From assembly GCA_964647565.1 (NCBI GenBank), contig CAZYIM010000001.1, positions 32,001-96,000 on the forward strand: a DNA stretch of 64,000 nt. The letters are read 5' to 3'. Each line of letters begins with the position of its first letter. Positions within the stretch are counted from its first letter, which is position 1. Shown here in pieces: positions 47,731-57,089 of this stretch. The translations under genes were made by a program, and so were the position numbers. The notes beneath the pieces were generated by a model. The model did no database searches, was not told where the DNA came from, and was given only the letters and a program-made list of their open reading frames with translations. Origin of the DNA: an uncultured Methanosarcinales archaeon (GTDB taxonomy: Archaea > Nanobdellota > Nanobdellia > Woesearchaeales > CAZYIM01).

Positions 47731-48966
47731 CTATAGCTCTTCCTCGATCTCTTCTGTGAAATCAGGTTCTGGATAGAACTTGTTGAACAGGTTTATGTAG
47801 TCCAATAGATGTCTTGTGGAAAGGAAGTTTCTCTTGACATGGTCATGACCCTGTTGACCCAGCTTTTGGCGAAGATTGGGATCTCTTAAGAGTTTCAAGC
47901 CTTGTTTTATTCCCTCCTGTCGATTTCTTATCAGAAATCCAGTCTTCCCATTCTTTATCTGCAAAGGGATTCCGCCAACAGGAGTGCCGATGACAGGAGT
48001 TTTCTTCCATAAGGATTCTGAAACTGTCAAAGCAAATCCTTCCTTGACTGAGTTCTGGAAGACAAAAGCTGACTGCTGCTGCAGCACATTGACCAATAGG
48101 TCGTTTTTTTCTGTTATCAGGTGCACACCAGGTATGGTCTTAGCCAGGTTCTGGATCTTGTTATAGATTATTGGGCTCTGAGGATCATCTGAGGGCATGT
48201 CGCCCATCAAGATCAACTGGCAGTCTTCTTTTTCCCTCATCTTCTGATACATCTTAAGCACACCGACATGATCCTTCCAGGGATCAAACCTTGAAATCTG
48301 GGAGATTATAGGCTTATCCATGTCAATGCCCTTGCTTGCCAATAGTTGCTTGCATTTGGCATTGGCGACTTTCTTGTTCTTTTGGGACAAAGGATCAATG
48401 CTGGGATGTATTATGAACTGAGGTTTTCTGATGTGTTTGATCTTGAATTTCGGATGAGAAACAATGATGCCGTCATATCGTTTTATGAAAGGTCTGAGAA
48501 AGTTTAGCACATCTCTGTTTGGATGCGAGATGTCTATATGGCATCTCCATATCCAGTTGGTCTTTTTCGCGTATTCTGTGACCATGCCTGCCGGCTGAGG
48601 ATCGTGGATGACAACAATATCATGGTCCTTGATATGTGTTACAATAGAGTTCCGCCTGCAGTATTCATTATAGAGCTTCTGCCTGGATGGAGTCATCTTC
48701 CATTTTTGGCCCTGCAGCGCATTATGCATGCCCTTGGTGATCTTGAAAAAAGAATGGCTTCCAAACATCACACGCCAGCCTGTGTTAATGCCCAGGTCAT
48801 TCATCAGGAATATCAGGGTATTGAGTATCTCAGCGACGCCTCCGCCTGCAGCAGTGGCATTGACATGCACTGCATGCTTGCCTTCTAATGGTTCAGCTGC
48901 ATGCCTGATATGCTCTATAACTTTTTTGCCTACAATAGGCTCATAGTCTTTGAGTTTAGGTATCAT
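47731..48966 (-). CDS. treT: GT4 glycosyltransferase, trehalose synthase TreT-like
   Basis: HVNATAAGGGVAEIL, IHDPQP, WRCHID, PSIDPLS, SRFDPWK and EGFALTVSE motifs. Confidence 0.88.
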   Translation of the reverse strand: MIPKLKDYEPIVGKKVIEHIRHAAEPLEGKHAVHVNATAAGGGVAEILNTLIFLMNDLGINTGWRVMFGSHSFFKITKGMHNALQGQKWKMTPSRQKLYNEYCRRNSIVTHIKDHDIVVIHDPQPAGMVTEYAKKTNWIWRCHIDISHPNRDVLNFLRPFIKRYDGIIVSHPKFKIKHIRKPQFIIHPSIDPLSQKNKKVANAKCKQLLASKGIDMDKPIISQISRFDPWKDHVGVLKMYQKMREKEDCQLILMGDMPSDDPQSPIIYNKIQNLAKTIPGVHLITEKNDLLVNVLQQQSAFVFQNSVKEGFALTVSESLWKKTPVIGTPVGGIPLQIKNGKTGFLIRNRQEGIKQGLKLLRDPNLRQKLGQQGHDHVKRNFLSTRHLLDYINLFNKFYPEPDFTEEIEEEL

Positions 48967-49086
48967 AGATAGATTTTCAGGGTTATTGTTATTTATATTT
49001 TGCGATATAGATGAATTAATTATTTTGCCACTTAAAAGTAGTAAAAAAGCGAAAGATTTATAAATAGTAGTTGACAGAATAGCTAT

Positions 49087-49851
49087 ATGGCGTACCTATT
49101 AATGGATCTTGATAACACTATATTGTCCAAACAGCAAATAGACGATATAGGCTATAAGATAGTCAGCAAGAAAGTATTGGGTAGAGAGATATCCATGCTC
49201 AAGCATCCTGTAACTGGCGAACCTGATAAAGAGTTCACCAAGCACTCCAATCATGAGATATGGGAATATAAAATACAGCAGGTCAAAGAGAATAATGAAA
49301 ACCTCGGGAATGCTTACAATATCGACCAACTCGTAGGCATGGCTGGAGCTGCATCTTGCGAATATATTCGAAGAGGCAAGACCTGGAAGTCGAAGGTTGA
49401 TGTGTTTCTACAGCCTGTTTCTGTAAAAAAGCTGAGAAATGCCACTCTAGATATTGGCGTGGCCACATCTGGTGCTAAAGAGGTTCAAACAGAGATCCTC
49501 TCACAACTGGGATATTTTGAAGCTGGAATCAATCCAGAACTAAGCACATATGCTGACGAAGGTCAGGATAAGATAGAGCTTATCCAGAGATCGATTTCAA
49601 AATACCTGGAAATCAACTCAGGATTACCCAAGATGCTGATATATATAGGCGATTCTGCAAAGGATATGGAAGCAGTCAGGATTATTCAGGACTCTGAAAT
49701 GTATCCAACAACTTTTATTCCAATCGCCGTGCTTACAGGCAATAATAATTCAAAAGAGCTCTTTGAATCAGGAGCCCTCGCAGTATTTTCAACTCTTAAG
49801 AATCATAAGAATATTGATGCTTTGAATTGTTTCGTGAGGAAATTCAAATGA
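49087..49851 (+). CDS. HAD family hydrolase
   Basis: MDLDNT, VATS, YIGDSAKD and AVLTG motifs. Confidence 0.8.
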   Translation: MAYLLMDLDNTILSKQQIDDIGYKIVSKKVLGREISMLKHPVTGEPDKEFTKHSNHEIWEYKIQQVKENNENLGNAYNIDQLVGMAGAASCEYIRRGKTWKSKVDVFLQPVSVKKLRNATLDIGVATSGAKEVQTEILSQLGYFEAGINPELSTYADEGQDKIELIQRSISKYLEINSGLPKMLIYIGDSAKDMEAVRIIQDSEMYPTTFIPIAVLTGNNNSKELFESGALAVFSTLKNHKNIDALNCFVRKFK

Positions 49852-50786
49852 AAAATAGAAAATACGATGTTGTCGGACTTGGCGCATGCGGAATCGACCA
49901 GATAAGCAATGTTAAGCAGTTTGCAGACAATGACAACAAAGTAACCTCTGATAATCATATTAACCAGGAAGGAGGCGTCACTGCCAACAACATTGTTCAG
50001 TCTGCAAGATTGAGCATGAAAACTGCCTGGTGCGGCTGCCTTGGCAAGGATTCTAAAGCAGATCATCTACTCAGGAAATTCAAGAGAAGCAAGGTGAAGG
50101 CTTTTGCAAAAAGGCTAGGACAGACCCAGAACTGCTGGATAGCTGTTGACAAGAATGGAGAAAGACAGATCTATGTCTTTCCTAATTCTACTGCAAGCTT
50201 AAATGCATACGCTGTAGAGGAGAAATTTAAGAAAGTTATAAAACAGTCAAAGCATTTCCACACTGAAATTGCTGTAATACCACTAAATGCTGCTATCCGC
50301 GGTGCTGAAATAGCTAAAAGAGCCAAGTCATGGGTATTCCTCGATGTTGACGGAGATATTGACTATCTTGTGAAAAAAGTAGGTATCGGCTCTATGTATG
50401 AAGTTGAAAGGCTCATGGGCCTGGCAGATGTTGTCAAGCTGTCAGAGTCAGCTGCAAGACAGTTATCAAGAAAAAAGGATCTTAACGATATCATAACAGA
50501 ACTGCTAAAAAGTTCAATCATAGTCGTTGTAACCCTTGGAAACAAGGGCTGCATCATTGCAAGCAAAAAAGAACGGCATATGTGCCCTGCGTTCAATGTG
50601 GAGTGTGTTGACAGCACAGGCGCTGGCGATGCATTCATGGGCGGATTGTCATATGCTATCCTAAAGAAACTTCCATTGAAGGAAGTTGGAATGTTTGCAA
50701 ATGCTTGTGGAGCCTACTGCTGCACCAGAAGAGGCGCAAGAGGTTCAGGCAACCTGGATAAGGTAATGAAAGTAAGATTCAGATAG
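49848..50786 (+). CDS. PfkB family carbohydrate kinase
   Basis: GGVTAN, VTLGNKG and VDSTGAGDAF motifs. Confidence 0.9.
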   Translation: MKNRKYDVVGLGACGIDQISNVKQFADNDNKVTSDNHINQEGGVTANNIVQSARLSMKTAWCGCLGKDSKADHLLRKFKRSKVKAFAKRLGQTQNCWIAVDKNGERQIYVFPNSTASLNAYAVEEKFKKVIKQSKHFHTEIAVIPLNAAIRGAEIAKRAKSWVFLDVDGDIDYLVKKVGIGSMYEVERLMGLADVVKLSESAARQLSRKKDLNDIITELLKSSIIVVVTLGNKGCIIASKKERHMCPAFNVECVDSTGAGDAFMGGLSYAILKKLPLKEVGMFANACGAYCCTRRGARGSGNLDKVMKVRFR

Positions 50787-50796
50787 GAGGGAAAAA

Positions 50797-51051
50797 ATGA
50801 ATGATAATAAAAATTATGACGGAAATGCTGGAAGCACATATATGCCAATACCAGAAGGAGAAATGTTCCCATCAGGCTCTAGGCCGAAGCTTTGTGCTGA
50901 ATCCTTAAAGATCATGGAGAGTTATTTCAGACTTTTAAGGGAACCTGCCGATAAAAGGACTTACCTTATAGTTACAACCAATAACCCGGACAGGATCGAT
51001 CCAGAAATCAAAAAAAGGTTATTCGAAGCTCCAAGAAATATCAATTCTTAA
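50797..51051 (+). CDS. small hypothetical protein carrying an AAA SRH-like segment
   Basis: GGAGG RBS; LIVTTNNPDRIDPEIKKR. Confidence 0.55.
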   Translation: MNDNKNYDGNAGSTYMPIPEGEMFPSGSRPKLCAESLKIMESYFRLLREPADKRTYLIVTTNNPDRIDPEIKKRLFEAPRNINS

Positions 51052-51071
51052 ATACAAAAAAGATTATAAAA

Positions 51072-51965
51072 ATGTTAGAAAAAGTAACCACAGAAAGTCT
51101 TTCAGAAAAGATTTATAAGCTTGAAAAGAGAAATGCTACGCTTGAAGACAGCAATAAAAAGCTTGAGAAGGAAAGGGAATTGTTGATCCAGGACAAGGAA
51201 CTAGCAATGAGATCCCTTGCAGCAGGCCTCGCTCATAACTTCAATAATAATATGGGCGGCATCCAGGGTTATATAGAGATGTTATTAATGGATGCCAAAG
51301 AGGGTGTTTTAGATCCTGCATCCGCAGCAGAGGACCTCGAAAGAATCATGAAAATATGCAAGAAAACTACCCTGCTAACAAACCAATTGCAGGCATACAC
51401 TGGCAAGAGTGTCACTAATCAGGTCATCAAAGAGCTGAATACAATTGTTGAAAACTTCTTAGATCTGGAGGAAGGTTATGCTAATATTAAACAGTTTGTC
51501 AAGTTTGAGCCTAAAGCCAAGAGCTTTGTAAACAGGGACAAGGGGCAAATAGAGCTTCTTGTTGGAATGTTAGTTGATTATGCAAAGGAGAACATACCTG
51601 ATGTTGGTTATGTGCATGTAAAGACAGAAGATGTATCACTCGATAAAAAGATCAAGAACAGGATAAATGATATTCCCAAAGGCGAATATGTGGTTTTATC
51701 AGTAAGTTATAATGCTAATAATATAAAGGATGCAGATATCGGAGTACTTTTTGAGCCTTTCTATTCCAAACAAAACATGATGGAGAATCTTGGATTAGCA
51801 CCTGTAAAGGGCATCCTGAAGGGCCACGGCGCATATGTTGACATCGAACGGTCTGAAGACAAGACTTCTTTTAATATCTATTTCAATTCTGTCAACAAGG
51901 AAATGCATGAACTAAGACAAAAACTGGTTGATACCATCCAGTATGGTGTCGAGAATAAGAAATAA
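51072..51965 (+). CDS. histidine kinase-like protein with a degenerate ATP-binding domain
   Basis: LAAGLAHNFNN H-box and LFEPFY F-box; N, G1 and G2 boxes altered. Confidence 0.8.
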   Translation: MLEKVTTESLSEKIYKLEKRNATLEDSNKKLEKERELLIQDKELAMRSLAAGLAHNFNNNMGGIQGYIEMLLMDAKEGVLDPASAAEDLERIMKICKKTTLLTNQLQAYTGKSVTNQVIKELNTIVENFLDLEEGYANIKQFVKFEPKAKSFVNRDKGQIELLVGMLVDYAKENIPDVGYVHVKTEDVSLDKKIKNRINDIPKGEYVVLSVSYNANNIKDADIGVLFEPFYSKQNMMENLGLAPVKGILKGHGAYVDIERSEDKTSFNIYFNSVNKEMHELRQKLVDTIQYGVENKK

Positions 51966-52004
51966 GCCGTAAGTTTTTTATAATTAATCATCTATCTTTT
52001 AGTT

Positions 52005-52901
52005 ATGGACATCAAACCTATTTACACCCAATCTGAGGGTCCACTGAATGTCATCTGCTTTGGTTCTGGTTCTGGAACAACTATCGAGGCCCTGATTGCT
52101 GAGCAGAAGAGGCAGGAATTTATGGGGGAGCCCTTCTTCATGATCAGGGGCATCTTTGTCAATAAAAAATGTAGATGCATAGATATAGGTGAGAAGAATG
52201 ATATCCCTGTGATCTATAACAGCAAGGTACGATTCTTTAAGGATAGAAAAAAGAAGTATTCAGACAGGGATACCCTGATAGAATATGACAAGAAGAATCT
52301 TGAGATGCTAAATAAACAGTCTAAAAAAGATGGCTTCACTATTGACCTGATTGCTCTTGCAGGCTATTGGTCAATTGTTTCAGATCCAATACTAGAAGCG
52401 TTTCCTGATAAGATCATCAATAGCCACCCTGCAGACCTATCGATCCTTGATAAAAATGGAAAGAGGGTGTATGCAGGAACCTATGGCAGTGATTCGATCT
52501 ACCAGGCTATGCTGAGAGGGGATAAAGGTACAAAGACCTGCATCCATCTAGTCACAGCAGGTATTGATGAAGGTGAGATCCTGGTGACTTCTGAGCCCCT
52601 CACATTCTTCAAGGAAGTTGAGGAACTTAAGAATAAAAAATATGTACGGGGTCGAGGTACTCAGCAAGTCTTTAATGCTGTCAAGGAAGCTGGCCTCAGG
52701 GCTGCTTCAAGATATCATCAGGAGCTTCAGAAGCAAAGATGCGACTATCCTGCCTATATTACTGCAATGAACCTGATTGCTTTAGACAGGTTTTCGATTG
52801 TGGAAGAAGAGGGTGTCAGGCCTATAATCTTCGAAGATGTAGCTGATGAGGTAGAGTTGCCTTATCAAGGATATGACATGGCCAAACGCGGACCTTTCTA
52901 G
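52005..52901 (+). CDS. formyltransferase (PurN-like)
   Basis: GSGSGTT, LAGY, INSHPADL and HLVTAGIDEG motifs. Confidence 0.85.
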   Translation: MDIKPIYTQSEGPLNVICFGSGSGTTIEALIAEQKRQEFMGEPFFMIRGIFVNKKCRCIDIGEKNDIPVIYNSKVRFFKDRKKKYSDRDTLIEYDKKNLEMLNKQSKKDGFTIDLIALAGYWSIVSDPILEAFPDKIINSHPADLSILDKNGKRVYAGTYGSDSIYQAMLRGDKGTKTCIHLVTAGIDEGEILVTSEPLTFFKEVEELKNKKYVRGRGTQQVFNAVKEAGLRAASRYHQELQKQRCDYPAYITAMNLIALDRFSIVEEEGVRPIIFEDVADEVELPYQGYDMAKRGPF

Positions 52902-53878
52902 AATACTCCTCCTCTCCAGAGTATGAATACAAGATAGATTAAATACATGACCACAAAGATAACTCCCTGATATACATCCAGCTGCTTTTTTTTCTTGCCC
53001 ACGAACATAAAGGCGAACAATAAGAATGTTGCAAAGAGCAGGTAGATGATGTCTATAGATATGTTGCCAGGCACTGCAATGGGCTTGATTAATGCGCTTG
53101 CCCCGAGCACATATGCAATATTGAAGACATTTGATCCTATTATGTTGCCAACTGCCATGTCAACCTTGTTCTTCTTGGCAGCAACAATACAGGTTACTAG
53201 CTCTGGAAAAGATGTGCCCAATGAAATTATGGTTGCGCTTATCAGGAATTCTGACATGCCCAACTGCCTTGCCATCACAACCGCCCCGTCCACAATCCAT
53301 TTGCCACCCAAGAAAAGACCAATAATTCCTACAACAATCATTCCGATGGAAAGCCAGATATTTCTCTGTTTCACATCAAACATATCACTCTCAACCTGGA
53401 GGCGGGTTTTCTTCACCATCTCATAAGCATAGTAAAGGAAGATGAAAAAGAACGCAAGCATCATAATTGCGTCTGACCTGCTGAATACAGATGTCTGCAG
53501 ATTGTCAATGACCTTGTCATGCACAGCAACGAACAATATCAATGTCGCCAGGAAGCTGAAAGGTATCTCTTTCCAGACAGTAGAATGGTGTACGTCGATA
53601 TGATGTACTAAGGCAGTCACGCCTAATATTAATAAAAGATTGAAGAGATTACTTCCAATGATATTACCAATAGCAATGCCCCCGCTGCCATTCAGGGCTG
53701 CAATCACATTAACTACAAATTCAGGCATGGATGTGCCAAAAGCAACCACTGTCAAACCAATGACCAATGCAGAGACCTTGAATCTCTTGGCAATAGAAGA
53801 TGCACCCTCAACAAGAAGGTCTGCACCCTTGATGATAAAAAAAAATCCTATTACAAACAGTATATAAGTTAATATCAT
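52898..53878 (-). CDS. Ca2+/Na+ antiporter (YrbG/NCX family)
   Basis: GTSMPE / GTSFPE and GNIIGSN alpha repeats. Confidence 0.93.
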   Translation of the reverse strand: MILTYILFVIGFFFIIKGADLLVEGASSIAKRFKVSALVIGLTVVAFGTSMPEFVVNVIAALNGSGGIAIGNIIGSNLFNLLLILGVTALVHHIDVHHSTVWKEIPFSFLATLILFVAVHDKVIDNLQTSVFSRSDAIMMLAFFFIFLYYAYEMVKKTRLQVESDMFDVKQRNIWLSIGMIVVGIIGLFLGGKWIVDGAVVMARQLGMSEFLISATIISLGTSFPELVTCIVAAKKNKVDMAVGNIIGSNVFNIAYVLGASALIKPIAVPGNISIDIIYLLFATFLLFAFMFVGKKKKQLDVYQGVIFVVMYLIYLVFILWRGGVF

Positions 53879-53919
53879 ATATGACTCTCTAGAGTTAAGC
53901 TTTAAAAAGTTTGTTGTAG

Positions 53920-54408
53920 TTACAGTCGAATGCTAGGATCCACAACTATCCTTATGTTTGCTTCTCTGACGAATTTCTCAGCAAGCTCAAAGTTATATGA
54001 CTGATTCTGCAGCTTTGGAAGAAGGATATGGTTAGCCTTATCCTGGTAGATTTCGTCAGGAGTAACCAATTTCTCTATACCTGCCTCGACTATGGCTCCA
54101 GCACATGTTGAGCAGGGAAACCATTCGTTCATATGTATAGTACCTCCGCCCAATACATAACCAGCTTGTGCTGCATGTGAAATGCCTTTTATTTCTGCAT
54201 GGATGCCAGTACAGAGTTCCATGCCTTCACCAGAAGGATAACCCGCCCTTAGGCAGCCATCATGCGGAATGCCTCTTGTAGGAGGTCCGTTCCAGCCAAG
54301 AATATAATTGTGCGATACAGTCTCGATCACAACTGCAACTGCATGTTTCTCGCAAACTTTCTCCAAAAGAGCTTTATTAAGTAAATCTCTTATTTTATTC
54401 ACTAACAA
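53920..54408 (-). CDS. dCMP/cytidine deaminase family protein
   Basis: GWNG, HAE and PCSTC motifs. Confidence 0.88.
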   Translation of the reverse strand: MLVNKIRDLLNKALLEKVCEKHAVAVVIETVSHNYILGWNGPPTRGIPHDGCLRAGYPSGEGMELCTGIHAEIKGISHAAQAGYVLGGGTIHMNEWFPCSTCAGAIVEAGIEKLVTPDEIYQDKANHILLPKLQNQSYNFELAEKFVREANIRIVVDPSIRL

Positions 54409-54464
54409 CCACCCCTGGAATCTAGGATAATCAAAATAATATATATTCTTTTCTATGCTCGATA

Positions 54465-54698
54465 CTATAGTTTAGCTTTTGCTTCCTTGCCCCAGCGAAC
54501 AGAATTCCACGCCCGTTCATGTATATAGTAGAAGAGCATCTTAAGACTTATCTCAAAGACACTGACACCTAATGTCAATGTGAAGCTGCCAGTAAAGATA
54601 TAGACCAGGATTGCAGTGGTCAACGATGCTATGACCCTCCAGGTTATTGCCTTTACAACGCTCCTTTCATGTTTCTCCTTGAATAGTTTTTTAATCAT
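54465..54698 (-). CDS. DUF2061 membrane protein
   Basis: RSVVKAITWR...YYIHERAW..VRWG. Confidence 0.88.
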   Translation of the reverse strand: MIKKLFKEKHERSVVKAITWRVIASLTTAILVYIFTGSFTLTLGVSVFEISLKMLFYYIHERAWNSVRWGKEAKAKL

Positions 54699-54784
54699 TG
54701 AACGCACCTCTTGTAAGAGTTATTAGGAAGTTCTGTTTAATATTTTTCGGTAAGGTTTATATATGTGTTAGATTTAAGATAGTT

Positions 54785-55114
54785 ATGGAAGTGAAGAACA
54801 AAGCAGTGGGAACCAAGGGCTTCAAATTGTTTATTGAGATAAACGGCAAAGAGCTGGCCAGGGCATATCTTTATGTGCTCAAGAATAACCTGCACCGCCA
54901 GCCTTTTGGCCTGATGGAAGATGTCTTTGTCGCTGAAGAATGCAGGGGTAAAGGTATAGGGTCTGAATTGGTCAAACAAGTCATTGTAAAGGCTATCTCA
55001 ATGGACTGTTATAAGCTGATCTGTACCTCAAGGCATTCCAAGCCAAAAGTCCACGAGCTCTATCTCAAGCTGGGTTTCAAGGATCACGGCAGGGAATTTA
55101 GGCTGGACTTCTAA
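54785..55114 (+). CDS. GNAT N-acetyltransferase
   Basis: EDVFV...RGKGIG...LYLKLGF. Confidence 0.88.
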   Translation: MEVKNKAVGTKGFKLFIEINGKELARAYLYVLKNNLHRQPFGLMEDVFVAEECRGKGIGSELVKQVIVKAISMDCYKLICTSRHSKPKVHELYLKLGFKDHGREFRLDF

Positions 55115-55151
55115 AAAGCTTTTTATATGGACTTGTATTTCCTCTTCTATA

Positions 55152-55454
55152 ATGGAACCTGAAATTAGAGTAGTTGATGGAAAATTGGTCTGTGACTATG
55201 GATCACACTGCTGGGCTGAAGGTGTTATCGATGGAAATATTTTTAAGATCACTTATCACGAACCAGAACACATAATGATAGGCAGTGTTGAAGGTAATCC
55301 TAATGATATTAAAGAATGCACTATCGAGCACAAACTCGACTGTTTACCCGCAGATCGGATGAAGAGTGCAAGGACAATCTTCAAAAGGGACCTTGGCTAT
55401 GTTGCCAGGATAAGCGGAGATCAGTTTCCACCGATGGATTATTTCTTCATGTAG
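55152..55454 (+). CDS. hypothetical protein
   Basis: 100-aa ORF with an upstream TATA-like box. Confidence 0.55.
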   Translation: MEPEIRVVDGKLVCDYGSHCWAEGVIDGNIFKITYHEPEHIMIGSVEGNPNDIKECTIEHKLDCLPADRMKSARTIFKRDLGYVARISGDQFPPMDYFFM

Positions 55455-56122
55455 AACATTCTTTTCTTTTCATCAAACCTTTCTATAGCATATCTAAGCA
55501 TGGTCCTGGGCATATGCTTGTAGTGTTTTATTAGGAATCTTTCTTCAACTGCCTGGTCTTTCTTACCTATCTCCCTTAGCATCCAGCCAACAGCCTTGTG
55601 GATCAGGTCATGCTTGTCTTTTAACAGGATTTCAGCGATTTTCAATGAGTCATTGAAATCTTCCTCTCTTATGAAATAGAAGGTTGAGATAATTGAGATG
55701 CGTTTTTCCCAAAGGTCTTTTGATCTGGCTAGTTGGTATAGTATTGATCTGTCCTTGTCAAACAGGTAGTGCCCGACAACATGAGGAGATGTAACATCGA
55801 CCAAGTCCCAGTTGTTGATTCTATTAGTGTTTTTTAGGTAGAAATCATAGTATTTTTTCTTGTCTTTTGATTGTTTGTATTTGTTGACTAACACAATCAA
55901 ACCTGTCATCCTGTGCTCATGGACTTTACTGTTGAGCAGGGCTTGGATCTCAGTCAATGAAAGCTGAGTGAATTTTTTTGCTATAGCTCTCTGCTCAGGC
56001 ATAGTAACTCCGATGAACTTGTCACCTTCACCATACTGACCCTTGCCTGTCTTGAAGAATCTTTGTAGAATTTTGGCCTTGTCGGGCCTTGCATGTTTTT
56101 GCAGCTCTTTTTTTATATCCAT
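55439..56122 (-). CDS. DNA alkylation repair protein (AlkD-like)
   Basis: FFKTGKGQYGEGD, INNWDLVD, HKAVGWMLREIG and MPRTMLRYAIE motifs. Confidence 0.92.
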   Translation of the reverse strand: MDIKKELQKHARPDKAKILQRFFKTGKGQYGEGDKFIGVTMPEQRAIAKKFTQLSLTEIQALLNSKVHEHRMTGLIVLVNKYKQSKDKKKYYDFYLKNTNRINNWDLVDVTSPHVVGHYLFDKDRSILYQLARSKDLWEKRISIISTFYFIREEDFNDSLKIAEILLKDKHDLIHKAVGWMLREIGKKDQAVEERFLIKHYKHMPRTMLRYAIERFDEKKRMFYMKK

Positions 56123-56174
56123 GTTCCAAGTGTAAAACATATTATTTATAAATTTTGAGAAATTCCCTTTATTT

Positions 56175-57089
56175 ATGTATGATCTGGTTGGTCTGACCAA
56201 TGCTATCACAGACGTGGTTGTTGGGGTAAAGGAAAAGGATTTAACAAGGTTTGGTCTAAATAAAGGAGTCTATAATCGAAGAAGTGAAATCCCTTTTGAT
56301 GAGATTCTCAAATTTATGTCTTTGAGTGATTCTGTATCCATTCCAGGAGGCTCGCCAGCCAATGTTGTGCACGGAGTTGCTAAACTTGGTGGCAAGACAG
56401 CCCTCTTTGGCACTGTTGGCAAGGATAACTATGGCACCTTGTTCAGAGAGCATATTGTCAGTGCAGGAATAGATCCATTCATAAGAACAGTCGAGGGAAA
56501 AAGTGCGGTATGTTATATTCTAGTTACACCTGATGGAGAAAAGACCCCCTTTGCAGACCTTGGTGTTGCAAACCAGTTTGAATATACTAAGGAACTGATG
56601 GCAAATACAAAGATGTTTCACACTTCCGGCTATGAGCTGGTCAACAATCCAGAGAAGACTAGGGAGCTAATTGAATATGCATTGTCAAGAGGCGCCATTT
56701 TGAGCTATGACCTGGCAGCGCCCATTGAGATTGCAAAAGAGAGGAAACAGGTAGAGGATTTATTGGCTGAGGTTGATGTGCTCTTTTCTACAGAGGAAGA
56801 ATGCACAGAGATAATGGAGATGGAGCTTGAGTATGCAGAGGCACAATTAGCAGATATTGTACCGGTCCTGGCCTTGAAAAGAGGTGCAAGGGGATCCACT
56901 GTCTATAAAGGCGGGAATAAACAGGACATACCTATAGTTGATGTGAGGATTATAAACAGAAACGGTGCTGGCGATGGCTATGCAGCTGGTTTCCTGAGCG
57001 AATATCTCAAAGGCTCAGATGTTGAAACTTGCGGCAAGAAAGGCAGTGAATATGCTGCGTATGTTTGTTCTAGAGTGCAGCCGTTTTAA
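56175..57089 (+). CDS. PfkB family kinase (adenosine kinase-like)
   Basis: NAITD, PGGSPAN, KRGARGS and NGAGDGY motifs. Confidence 0.88.
   Translation: MYDLVGLTNAITDVVVGVKEKDLTRFGLNKGVYNRRSEIPFDEILKFMSLSDSVSIPGGSPANVVHGVAKLGGKTALFGTVGKDNYGTLFREHIVSAGIDPFIRTVEGKSAVCYILVTPDGEKTPFADLGVANQFEYTKELMANTKMFHTSGYELVNNPEKTRELIEYALSRGAILSYDLAAPIEIAKERKQVEDLLAEVDVLFSTEEECTEIMEMELEYAEAQLADIVPVLALKRGARGSTVYKGGNKQDIPIVDVRIINRNGAGDGYAAGFLSEYLKGSDVETCGKKGSEYAAYVCSRVQPF

Noticed and set aside
47731..50786. TreT + HAD + PfkB as a novel sugar pathway
   Set aside because: These are common families, TreT is divergently oriented, and nothing in the sequence ties their substrates together.
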